A DNA stretch of 64,000 bases, from NCBI RefSeq assembly GCF_036321535.1, contig NC_087436.1, positions 51,090,001 to 51,154,000 on the forward strand, in the 5' to 3' direction. Shown piece by piece: positions 49,991 to 62,300 of the stretch (positions are counted from its first letter, which is position 1; each line of letters begins with the position of its first letter). Source of the DNA: Camelus dromedarius (taxonomy: Eukaryota). The translations under genes and the position numbers were made by a program. The notes beneath the pieces were generated by a model, which saw only the letters and a program-made list of their open reading frames with translations, was not told where the DNA came from and searched no databases.

Positions 49991-52954
49991 GCAGGTAACT
50001 CTCATACTTTTCTTGATGAAGGACATTATAAAAAATGCATTTATATGTTTCATATATAAGTACATATATGTACATATGTTATACATACATCCGTATAACA
50101 GAAATGAAAATTCTAAGAAACATTATTTACCTTTAAGTGATTCTGTCCTGATGCTTATATTTACTTCTCTTTTATTTTATGAAAAAATAAGTTGGTGTTA
50201 ACCCACAAAGTGGGTTGTCATACACAATTTGAACACTATGTTCTGGGGGATGATTTAAAGGAAAGCAGAAAGGTATCTTTCCCCGGGACCTTTTAGTGAT
50301 GTTGCATTTCTAGCATTGGAAATTGAGATTTTGGTTCTCTGTTAAAGCAAACATCTTTGGAAAGGGGCTAAATTTTGCCAGTCTTATACCTTAGGATGAA
50401 TGATTATTATTTTTTCTGGAAAGCTAATTATAATATAGGGGCAAATAGAGAAAACGTGGAAACCTGAAGTGTATGCCTGGAAGGGACCAAAGATACAGAG
50501 GTTCTGAGAAAGAAATCAGACTTCTACCATTTTACCTAAAGGTTTCCACAATGCGTACAAAATAAAGTTAATAGTTATTGCTAAGATAAGACCTTAGCAG
50601 TTCACTCTCTGAATGAGGAAGAAAGAATCTGGCAAACAGGACAGTAGTGCGTCATTTCTTAACTCTATAGGAAAGGTATTAACCAGTACATCTGCAAGGT
50701 GGGAGCCTGGAAAGGGAGTGGTTTGGAATTACCAGAATAGGAAAGGACGAAGAGTGTGGGGTTTACATTTTATAAACAAGATGTGTCAATGGCCCATAAT
50801 AAAGTGACTCTGGTGCTCTGGTTTAGGCAAGATGCCTGGTCTTTTGTTGCCAAAACTTAATTCCCCTGGAATTATCTGTCCCGACAAATCAACACAAAGG
50901 GAATTAAGAAAACTGGTTCAAAGGTCGTCAGTGGTATTGTTAGGAGGACAGAAGAGTCAGGCAGCTGGTGTTTTCCTGGTGGTTCTCAAGACTGAAAAAA
51001 AAAATCATATCAGAAAAGTGGCTTAGGGCAGGTGCCTAAGTTAGTGTGTGTGGAGAAGGACTCTTTCAAGCTTGTTGTGAGAGTCCCAGGATGGCAGTGG
51101 AATTTCACTGTGCTGGTATGTTCTGCACCTCCATGATTTTGTCTGGGCTGAGGGGTCAGTGCAGGGTTATTTTGTACCAGGTCACTTTGTCAGTATGTAG
51201 AATACAGCAGTTTTACCCTAAAACCTGCGGTGTTAATTTGGCACAAGCAACAGTCAGTGAATGAAGTAAAATAATTTAAATAGAGCATAATGGGTGCATT
51301 AACTTGTATCATAGCCCATCTGATCTCTGTTATCAGATGCATGAGACTACTTTTCTCTTGAAGGACCAATATCCTTAAAAGAAAGATCAGTTTTCTCTTG
51401 TTTAATAAATAGAGGCACTAAGTGTTATTTGCAACTCGATCCTCAGAATTTGTACCTGAAACATTCCCTTTAATTTGGAGTAAATTCTGTGGAACCGGAA
51501 TAACCAGAGGAGTTCACCCATCTCTCTTTGTCAGTTTACAAAGAAGGGGTCAGAGAAACGGATAGGACCACACTGCTTTCTTCCCAGAACAATAATCACT
51601 CAAGTGCTGAGGAGAAGCCCAACTCACAGTGCAAAGGCTTTCTTTCTAATCTTTGTTGAGAGCGTGAGAGGAAGAAAGTGAATTTGCCCTCATTTCCCTG
51701 AGATTGAGGAGGAAGGGAACAGTGTGTGTGAGCCCCTTCCCACCTTCAGTGACTTTGTCATTAAATCCTTGCATTACTCCAGGAGTCCCCCCACTTGCCC
51801 TACACTGCTAGCCAGAGAATTTGGCTGGATGATGGTATCAGGAATCCCCCTGAATGTTGTACCTGAGGAAAACTTTGCCATTTCCTGTAATTGTGTAAAA
51901 TAACCCATAACTAACAGATGGGGGGGGGGGTTACCCCTGCCCCTCAATGCAAATGCTCCTCACTCTCTTTTCCTTCTCAGAGATAGGGGTAAATTCTAGC
52001 TAAGCCACACCTTGTGATGCTATTGGCCTGGGGCAGAGATGAGAGCTGGCAGGGGAAGCAGTAGACCACAGTACTGGGTCTGGAAGTTCTGAGCGTCTTC
52101 TTGAGGTGGGGCAGTGAGTACCTATTTGAGATCTTTAGTGAGTCACAACACCTGCCTCCTCTGGCAGCACGCCATCCTCACTTCATTGACTCTTCAGTGA
52201 ACCACAGTCTAATGGTCTTATTGGGGGATCTGCTCTGTAAACATACACTCCTAGTTCTGTTTCACAGGAACAGGAGTCAGAACTTTAAGGACATAAACAA
52301 ATCAAATGACCACCTTGGAAGACTAACTCACTGTCTACAAGACATTAGCATTTGAACATTTTACATGATTTCATGATCATGAAGAATGGCAAAGAACAGC
52401 ATGGAACCTGCAACCAGCCAACTGGTCAAGAATGGCTGACTTCAGGAGACTGACTCTCCATCCTTGGGAAGACCAGGCTGAAAAGTCTTGATTTTTTTTT
52501 TTTTTTTTAGCACATCCCTCTCAATTTCTGGATTGTAGTTTGGGCCATATACCAGTGATTCCCAACTCAAGTGAGATGGGTGTACACAAGGGCATGGTGA
52601 AAGGAGAAAAGTCACAAAATGGAGTGAGTTTTTCATAAGGCCAAATTTATTGCACTTAATGGAATTTTTCTTACCTTAAGATTATGCTTTTACATTCTAG
52701 CTGATAAAATGTCCTCCCTCTTAAGGAATATTATGGAGAGAGTGAGCGGGTGTGTATGTGCACAGAGATGCATTATTTAATGTGCTTACTTGGCAAAGGA
52801 AAGTGGGAAACTCTTTGCCTCTTCCTAACTCTTTTAGGGAAATTTTACTGGTCTCTGAAGTTCCAAGATCTCGGAGCCACAATTTTGTACCATGTTTTGT
52901 ATGTTGGAAGGTCAAAAAGATAAGAGTTCATCTTAGCTGTTTTCTTGAAAATAA

Positions 52955-53540
52955 TTAATATATTTATTTTAGAGCAGTTTTAGGTTTACAGAAAAATGAG
53001 TGGAAAGTACAGAGTGTTTTTACAAGTTCTCTCTTGCTCCCCCAGTTTCCCCATCATCAACAACTTACATTAGTGGGATACATTTGTTACAATAGATGAG
53101 CCAGTATTGATACATTATTATTATGGACTAAAGTCCATAGTTTACATTAGGGTTCACTACTTGTGTTGCAAATTCTATGCATTTTGACAAAATATAATGA
53201 TGTGTATCCACAATTATTGTATCATATAATATACTTTCATTGCCCTAAAAGTCCTCTGTGCTTTGCCTATTCATCCTTCTCTTTACTTAAGCCACTGGCA
53301 ACCACTGATCTTTTTATTGCCTTCATTGTATTACCCTTTCCAGAATGTCATATAGTTGGAATCATATAATATGGAACCTTTTCAGATTTCCCTCTTTCAA
53401 TTGTCAGTGTGTAAATTTAAGGTTCCTCTATGACTGTCATGGCTTGATATCTCATTTCTTTTTATCACTGGATAATATTCCATTGTCTGGATAGACATCT
53501 TGGTTGCCTCCAACTTTGACAATTATGAATAAAGTTTCAT
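52955..53540 (-). mobile_element. L1MC/L1MD-like 3' UTR
   Basis: ttttagagcagttttaggtttacagaaaa...ctaaagtccatagtttacattagggttcact. Confidence 0.85.
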
Positions 53541-55373
53541 CTTGGCCTAATTTTTTTGCAGTTAGAAATACATAGTGTAGTATTCTTTTGCTACTATTAA
53601 AATGATATTCATTATGAAATTTTAGAAAGTACAAGGAATATAAAAAAGAAATTAAATATTATTGGTAATCTCACTCCAAAGATAATACTAGTAACTGTTA
53701 GTGTATATCTATACTCTTTTTTAAACCTAAATCTATTTCTAGCTATATCTGGAAACTATATCTATGTCTACATACGCCTCCATTAATTTTTTTATAAACT
53801 TGGAAATCATACTTATATATTACTTATATAGTATATTTATTTTTGTATCTTAGTTGTTTTATCACTTAACATTATGTATACATATTTACAAATCTTTAAA
53901 TTGTAGGTTTTGAAAAGATATTTAATAACTATACATAACTCATTGTATGCTAAGTGTTTTTAAAAATGAACTACATGTGTTACTTCATTCTACTACTAGT
54001 GAAATAAGAACTCTAAGAAGGTAAGGATTTTAGTCTGTTTTGTTTATTGATGATCCTTCAGTGCATAGAAGAGTGCCTGGCAGGCACATAAAAGGCACAC
54101 CCCAAAAGCATTTGTTAAATAAATGAAAGAATTATATTTTTGAAATTTGTATGATTCCATCAGTTACTCCTTAGAATCACCCCAGCACTTAGTTTTGGTG
54201 AAAGTCATTGCCTGCTAAACTGAGGATCAAAACAGTTGTGCAGTCTCAAATATAGTGTTTTTAAGGAATGGATTACTATAGTGGCTTATTCATATAGTTA
54301 GTGATGACAATATATCTGCAACTTGGTTTTTCAGTGAGGGGGTAGTACAGTTCCTGCCCTGCCCCTTCTGTCGAGAACAGTGAAACGTTAAAAAGCTGTT
54401 GAAGATTAAATCTTTGTCCAGAGAGCAGAGCAACTCTTCCTGGATTAGGCTGGAAACAACTCTTACTAGGCTACAGTGATGCCCTGATGGTAGGGTCCCA
54501 TCTAGAAAGTGCTTCTCAAGGCTTCCTGGATGGGAACCCAGAGTGACTAGCGAGGCTGCACATGTTTCTGGAATTGTCCAGGAAACTAACCTCTCCATCT
54601 TAGCTGACTGGAAATTCTTACTCATGTTCTCAAGTGCTGGTATTGGTTTGTGTCCAGCAAGGTGGAGAGAGGGGAGTGGCAGTGATCACACATCGTTTAG
54701 ATGGTTTGTAGCTGGAAAGGGCAGTTCAGCAGCGCATCCAGGCAAGATTCTTAGATTTGCCAAGGGGTGAGGCAGCAAACAGACACAGAAAGCTTCTGAT
54801 TTTAGAGCCAGGACTTGAAGTGGAAGCAGCAGGAAGAGAAATCATGGAGTCAAAGGCCTGGAACAGATTTTACTTACTGCTCAGCCTCACTGAAAGGCTA
54901 GTTCTTTTCATCACCTTATTGTTTCACTGGGTGAGGTCATAAATTTAAACAATGTCACTAAAAGTCATCAAACATTGACTAATTTACTGGATTGACTTAA
55001 TTTTCCAATTGAAAATGCCTGCTTTGTATTACAAACTTTTAAAATTGCTTTCTAAGTAATGGATTAACAGAATCCGAGCAGGCAAGTATCCATGGCTACA
55101 GCAGGAATGGTATCAGAGAGTTCTGAAGGTAGCATTTTTGTCTTAGATTTTTATAGAGTTTCAACTTATTAATATTCCTTCTGTTTTGCTTCAACTCTTT
55201 CTATATGATTTAAAACTTTTTGCCAGCTTTTTGATTGTTAAAAATTTTTAGTAACCTTATTTAACAATTTTAATTTTACTGTTTCATCTATTTTACCAAT
55301 ATTTATTGAATACCTAAAATATGTGAAGTACGTGAGAATCAGTGGGAAATAAAAACCTTCAAAAATTATGATC

Positions 55374-55513
55374 GATAAACAACAAGGACTAATTGTATAG
55401 CACAGGGAGCAATATTCATTATCCTGTAATAACCCATAATGGAAAAAATACGAATCACTTTGCTGCATGCTTGAAACTAATACAATATTGTAAATAAACT
55501 ATACTTTAATTTT
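55374..55513 (+). mobile_element. Short L1 3' end inserted in L2
   Basis: gataaacaacaagg...gtatagcacaggga...; imperfect TSD aaaaattatgatc / aaaaagtataatc. Confidence 0.8.
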
Positions 55514-56199
55514 AAAAAGTATAATCTAGTGTATAGCTTAAAAAAATAAACAGGCAATTAAAATACAGCATTGTATGTGTTAAGAACACATAGGAGAGGC
55601 ACCTAACCAAAAAATTAACATTAGAGGTTTTCAAGAGTAAGTGCCAGCTGAACTAGGAATGGTAAAGATGAGTGGTAGTGGTGATGAAGAATGGAGAATG
55701 GCATTTCAAGAGGCAGGAGTAGCAGGTGCAAAGGCCCTGAGGGGATAGATGGCATGGCTGGTCAGAGACCTGAAAATAGCTTCATTGTACTAGTCTATCA
55801 AGTGAGAAGTGAGAGATGAGTCTGTGGAGGAAAACTAGGTCTAAAAGACCTCACAAGTCACATTAAAGACATTTTGCCAGAAACAATGGGAAATATTTGA
55901 GGGTTTTATGAGCAAGGAAGTGGGATCAGATAGCCCATTTAGAAAGCACACTCTGACTTCCCTGTAGAGAACAATTTGGTGAGGGACAATTCACAAGGCA
56001 AGCAGATTAGCTGGAAGACCGCTGCATTATTAGGTAATCTTTGATGGTGGCCTGAGCCCAGGATAAAGGCAGTGGGCTTGGACAGAGTAGACCCATCTGA
56101 AAGCCAAGATAGATTTATGAGAATTTAATGACTGATGGCCAGGTAAAATGGACAAAGGAGAAAACTAAGAGAATGACACTGACGATCTTAGTGTGAGCG

Positions 56200-56760
56200 C
56201 CCCCAGTTACCTGCAAGTCTGAGACAGGACTGGGGTTCCGGAGGTTGATTTTTTAAAAATAATTTTTATCCTTTTATTTTTTGTAGTATAACAAGGTTGT
56301 GATTTTTAAATTTATTTTATTTTGTTTTTTAGTAATTAGGAGTATGAGAACAGTAAGTTTGGTTAAAAAATTACACTCTTTAGACATTTTCTTAACCTTT
56401 AATTACCACTACTAACACCTTAATAATAAGAAAGTGACTTCCTTTCCTTTCTTTTCAGGAAGTTTACTTTACAGGTGATCCGAGGCAGTAAGAGTGAATG
56501 AATGGAAAGAGCGAGTCAGGAAAGGAGAAAAGCCAGTTCTAGGAAGGATGAAAGTCAGGCAAGTGTGCACCACTGAGCCATTTCCTGCTGCAGAACCTGG
56601 AGCACAGTCTTGTGGGGGCGTTCCCGGGGAACCATGTTGAAACCTCTCAGAAGGCTCCCTCTGGAAGACTGGACACTGGGCCTTCATTCCCTAACTCTCC
56701 TGTCCCTTTGGTGTCTTGCCTCCAGGGATGGTCACTCATCTGCTCTTGAGACCTGCTGAG
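56200..56760. mobile_element. LTR33-like ERVL LTR fragments
   Basis: ctgagacaggactgggg...gtttacttttacaggtgatcc...caggaaaggagaaaagcca. Confidence 0.45.
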
Positions 56761-57060
56761 TGAGTTGTTAGAACTTTGCAGAAAACCCTGAGGCAGAAAA
56801 TCTGAGAGAAATACCTGAGGAGAAACCGGAGTTGGAAGTGGACTGAGGAGACCTGACATGGGGCACCAGCAGGGTCTACGACAGTGACCATGTTTCTGGT
56901 TCAGGAAGCTAGATGCACTGGCACATGTAGAATTCTTGAAATATTTTTGAAACATCCACGTGGTGAGATCCAGTAGATAGCGGGGTATGATCGGGTGATT
57001 AGACCTGACAGTGATTAAACCCACAGTAATGAGTTTAGGAGCCATAGCCTAATTGTAGGT

Positions 57061-57425
57061 TGTGCGTTAGTTTGGTAGGGCTGCCAAAACAAAGTCCAGA
57101 GACCCAGGGGCTGAAACAACAGAAATTATTTTCTCACAGTTCTAGAAGTCCAAGACCCAGGTGTCGACAGGGGCGACTTCTTGTGAGGCTGCCCTCCTTG
57201 GCTGTCCTCTCCCTGGGTCTTCACATGGTCTTTCTTCTGTGTGTATCTGTGCCCACATCTCCTCTTCTTATAAGGACAGCAGTAATATTGGGTTAGGCCA
57301 CCCCTATGATCTTATTTTAATTACCTCTCTAAAGACCGTATCTCCAAATGCAGTCTCATGCTGAGGTACTGGGGGTTAAGACTTCAACGTATGCATTTTC
57401 ATGGGACACAGTTCAGCCCACAACA
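57061..57425 (-). mobile_element. MLT1B-like LTR, near full length
   Basis: tgtgcgttagtt...tcttataaggacagcagtaatattgg...ggacacagttcagcccacaaca. Confidence 0.88.
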
Positions 57426-57798
57426 GGTAGTAACTGACACAAAGGGAACAGATAAGCTTGTTCAAGAAATATGAACGAGAAAGAAAGGGCCTTGAGCAGG
57501 GTTTGGAGGGACACCAGCATTTAACAGGATTAACACCAACACTAGGACTAAACTTTAACTAATGAAACAGACTGATGAGTTTAGAAAACTTGGAGGAAAC
57601 CAGAAGTATGGCTGCATGGAAGCCAGGGCAGGATTGTGTCAAGAAGGAGAGAGTAGTCAGTCAATGCCAAACGCTGATGAGAGACATAGCAGACGAGGCA
57701 AACCATGAGGTTGCCGAGCCCACTTGCTGATAATTGAGAAGAAGGTGCAAAACTTTGCGAGAAGAGTGAAGTGGAGCGTGAAGTAGGTGGGTGGGTTT

Positions 57799-58317
57799 TG
57801 CAGCAGAAAGAACTAATCTGACTCCGTCTTAGATCTGTTCCTCTGACTTTAACCTTGTGCTCTGTTTCCTAGGCTTAGTCATGCTGGTTCTGCACCTTTT
57901 GTAAAAGAATGTTGCCTATAGCCTGAAATATACAGGATCGCTTGTCCTCAAGGCTCTGACCTTTAAGGGTGTCAACACTTTTGCATTCATATAGAGATAA
58001 AAAGTTGCAGAGTAGAAAATAACATTTGTTTTGTTGGAGATTTACAGAGACACCGTGACCTGACCCATGTGGACAGCTGCAAGAACAAAGAATCCGACAC
58101 CAGGGAGTTTGCAATAATCAACCATACCCCTCCCCCTATTTAGTATAAAAGGAGCCTGAATTCTGACTTGGGAAAGATGGTTCTGCAGGACATTAGTCTG
58201 CCATCTTCTCAGCCTGCCAGCTTTCTGAAAAAAGTCATTATTCCTTGCCGCAACACCTTGTCTCCCTATTTATTGGCCTGTTGTGCAGCAAGCAGAACGA
58301 GTTTGGACTTGGTGACA
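57799..58317 (+). mobile_element. ERV1 solo LTR, intact ends, 4-bp TSD
   Basis: TG...CA termini, perfect TSD GTTT (57795-57798 and 58318-58321), and TATA gtataaaa at about 58143. Confidence 0.9.
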
Positions 58318-60151
58318 GTTTGAGTGCTACTGGGATGAACCACTGTGGGGGATAGGGCTGAAGGTGGAGGAAGAGAAATGGATTCATAGGCCTGGTGAGG
58401 GACTGGTCTTAGTTAAGTGTAGAGACAACGCTTCCATTTGTCTAGGATGGAAGGAGGAAACAATGGGAAAAATTGCAAAGTAAGGAAGAATGGCTATGAA
58501 GGCACAGTTTTGGGGGAGAGAGAAGATAGTCTGAGTTAAACAAAGGGTTGAAGGAAGATTTCTTAGAAGAGCATGCAAATGTGTTTTTATAAATAATTTA
58601 TAGGTTGTTAAATCCAGTATAATTTTTGTCCTTGTAGCTTCTGGAATCCATTTTCTTCACAAAATCAGGGCTTTGACATATTTTTAAAAAGATGAGTTTG
58701 GTGAAAATATGAAACACAGCATTCAGAGAATGTTCGTTATTGTGTGTATACACGGATGATTAGATGGTATTGTTATCTTACTCCGCTTCTAAAAATAGCT
58801 TGCGTAAAGCTCCTAGTTCTCTTCTTCTATGGAGGCCTTGCTAGGAAGTATAACAGTGTATCCCTGATATCGGCAGTTAGCAAAGTTTGCCTTATCTTGC
58901 TGTTGAGCTACTGTTTACTACTGATAACGAGGGCAGTGGGGAGATGAAGGCACGTTTACGTGGATATAAATGGTTGATTCCCGTGAACTGTCACATCATG
59001 GACTAATGCCATCACAGCCCTGTTCACAGTTTAGGGAATGTGTTTTACATTTAACTGGGCTCCTTAGTTTTCTCTTTTCACTCAGCTCATTGTGCAAAAT
59101 TCCTGCTGCTTCTCAGAGCATTGAACCGAGCAAGGAATCTTCACTTACTGCATTTATTTGCATAATATCTCTGATTTTGTATTCCTTGTCTGTAAATTGC
59201 CTCAATATCCAGGAGGAAGTTATTTTTTCTCATTTAATATAATTAAGATAATAATCTTAAATGTCAATGAAATTATAAGGTGGGGTTGGTGATGTGGAAT
59301 TTTAGTGGAAATTAAACTGGTTTGATAGTGAAAAGCTTTTATCCCAGTTTGCATTTTATCGTGTACGCACTTAGATGTCACAGGAAGGCCTTTTGGTTCT
59401 TAAGTCATTTAGTTTCCAAATCTGTAAGATAAAAGTTAAAACCCTCTTTTCCTTAATACATAAGATGAATATGAAGATTAATATCTGCTAATAGCTTTGG
59501 AAGGTATAATATAAAATAAAGACATCACAGTTTACCTTAGGGTAAAATGTTAGTGATAATGTATGCTTGCAAAATATAAAAATCCTTTTCATTAGTAACC
59601 TTCAAATTCTTGAAAACTTATAACAAAATCCTTGCAAAATTTATAGCATTCATAAATAGTGAGTGCTTAAATCAAAATTTAAATTTTATGTATCATATGT
59701 AATTAATAATCTGAAAGCAAATGCATTGCACTGTTCCACAAAATTTAACTAAGAACCTACTGAGTGCCAAGGCCTGGAGTGGGGTATGAAAAAAACACAT
59801 CGATTCTCTGTCTTTTTGGAACTTAGATTCCAGTGAGGAAGATAGACAATAGTAAGAAATTAACATATAGTATTACTTGTTTTCAAGAAAAACAAAGTTC
59901 AATAAGTTACTTTGACAAAAGTGGCTTTGGGGAGTGCTGAAAGGACTGGGGCTGACCAGAAGGAGTGTATCAGAGAACTAGGGGGAAGGGATGACAGCAG
60001 TTATAGGTAACTCTTTAAAGATATTTGCTATAACAAGGAAGCAAAAGAATAAGGTGCTAGCTTAAGGGAGATTTAAGGTCCAGGGATTTTTAAGTGAGAA
60101 GAGATAATGTTTCCCGCTCACTGGGAATAATCTAGTCCAGAGTAGAAATGA

Positions 60152-60589
60152 TATGTTATTTGTTAGGGCTGCCTTAACAAAGTACCACAAATTAAGTGGC
60201 TTAGAACAACGGAAATTTTGTCTCACATGCAGTTCTGAAAGCTAGAGGTCTGAAATCAAGTTGTTGGCAGGGCCACACTCCCTCTGATACCTTTAGGGGA
60301 ACCTCTCCCTGCATCTCCCTAGCCTCTGGTGGTTTGTTCGTAATCACTGGCATTCCTTGGCCTGCAGCTGCATATCTCCAATAGCAGCCTTCATCGTCCC
60401 TTGGTGTTCTTCTCTCCCTTCACATGTCCGTCTTCTTATAAGGACACCAGTAACACTGGATTGAGCCCGATCCAACTCCAGCTAATTCCATCCACAATGA
60501 CCTTATTTCTAAACAAGTTTATGTTCTGAGTTACTGAGGGTTAGAACATCAACATACCTTCTTTTGAGGAACACAATTCAACCCATATC
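60152..60589 (-). mobile_element. MLT1C-like LTR inserted in L2
   Basis: agggctgccttaacaaagtaccacaaattaagtggcttagaacaac...acacaattcaacccatatca. Confidence 0.88.
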
Positions 60590-60839
60590 AAGTAGAATGA
60601 TAGCTTCAGTGATATGTAGCATGAAAGGAACTTCTCAGACATAAGAGATAACAATTTCTGCTCTTGGAAATGATCTAGTATGAGGGGAAAACCAGTGGTA
60701 TCATAGGAGAGGGAAGTATAATTGTGGGAACAAGAACCCTGAGTAAGCAAGAGAGGATGGGCCCCACTGACCCAGTGGAGGCCTGGTCATAGGAAAAACC
60801 TTGGGAATTTCATTTTCTCTAGCAGGAGAAAAGGTTCAA

Positions 60840-61052
60840 GATGTGCAAGTATTAACTACTATATATAAAATAGATAAACAATAAGTTTATTCTGTATAGC
60901 ACAGGGAACTATATTCAATATCTTGAATAGAATGGAATGAATATGAAAACAGATATATGCATGTATATGTAGGACTGAAACATTATGCTGTACACCAGAA
61001 ATTGACACACTGTAAACTGACTATAATTCAAGTTAATAAAAAAAAAAAAAAG
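60840..61052 (+). mobile_element. Camelid-type L1 3' end with poly-A
   Basis: aaatagataaacaataagtttattctgtatagcacagggaactatattcaatatc...gctgtacaccagaaattgacac, followed by an A-tail. Confidence 0.88.
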
Positions 61053-62138
61053 AATTTAGGTAAGAGTGGATTGTAGATTTGATACTGGGGAAATAAATTT
61101 CTTTTCTGAGTGCTTATATTTTCTCAGTGAAAAAGAAACAGATATTTCTGATTTGAACTTCAGATCAATGTGATAATCACAATGAATGAGTGCTGTTTTA
61201 GGGAATTGCAGTCCATGTGAAAATACAGCACAGTACTTGAGACCCATGTGCACACATACATCCCTATGTCTTTATGCTAGATACTTTACATATATTATCT
61301 ACTTTAATCCTCACAACATTGGACAAAGGAATTTTCTGGCAAAAGAACTTCTTTTTCTACATGCCATAAAAACTTGACAGGTATTGTATGTCTGCACATA
61401 GTAGTCCAGAGGCTAGCTAATAGCACATGGTCATGTCAATAGGTCTTTGGAAGTTCGTAGTGTAATCAGTACGAAACTGAGAAGAATAGTTAATTTTTTT
61501 AAAGAAATATTTGGGATGTAGATTAAAGATCAATTAGTGAATATTTACCATAAACCAATTCATTTTATTAATATCACTGTTTATCAATAATCAGTCATGT
61601 GTTAGCAAGGACAGGACCAAGAGACCTAAAAACCACACCAAACAAAGTCTCTTTGTGGTCATTTAAAACTTACAGGGAACTCCACATTACTTTTTTGGTC
61701 ATGTATCTTGTATAATACTTAGCTGTTAGAAGAATCCAGGCCAAGAAAAGAAATGTCAAAAAAGAAACAGACAAACAAAAAATCCAAACCAACCAAACAA
61801 ACAAAAAAAAAACCAAACCCATTTTAACTGTTGTACAAGATGACAAGTAGCTGCACACTGTGCACAAGGACACTCGGGTTCCTGGCAACCGACTTCATGG
61901 GCTGATCAAACACTGCAGCCTCTTTGGACTTTAACCCGGCTTCTTGGCCAGAAGCCCATTCAGGAGGCATTGTCTTTTGTTTCAGTTTCTCCAATATAGA
62001 TCAGTTTGTTAGTAGGTAGTGGTCTTTACCATCCTTATCAAGATTTATATCAAAAGATTACAAGTTTGAAATGTATACTGCTTATGACTTTTAACATTAG
62101 CCTTTGTTTCAAATGAGTCAACATTTAAAAACCATTTT

Positions 62139-62300
62139 GGGGGGGAGGGTAATATTAGCTCAGTGGTGGAGTGTGTGCTTAGCATGCACAGGGTCCTGGG
62201 TTCAACCCCTAGTACCTCCATTTAAAAACATTAAGTTAAAATAAATAAATAGATAAATAAACCTAGTTACCTCCCCCTCCAAAAACAAAAAAAATAAAAT
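62139..62300 (+). mobile_element. tRNA(Ala)-derived camelid SINE (Vic-1 type)
   Basis: A box tagctcagtgg, B box ggttcaaccc, A-rich tail, and TSD aaaaacca(t/g)tt at 62127-62137 and 62301-62311. Confidence 0.9.

Larger units (their letters stand above)
55527..57790 (-). mobile_element. Long degenerate L2 interrupted by LTRs
   Basis: L2 motifs ggtgcaaaggccctgagg, tttagaaagcacactctg and tttgaaacatccacgtggtgagatccagtag. Confidence 0.6.

Noticed and set aside
56405..56565. Branch point, acceptor and GC-donor exon-like pattern
   Set aside because: It overlaps LTR33-like sequence, the donor is non-canonical, and there is no recognisable reading frame.
62139..62220. tRNA-Ala gene
   Set aside because: The cloverleaf is degenerate, and the SINE tail and TSD show it is a SINE head.
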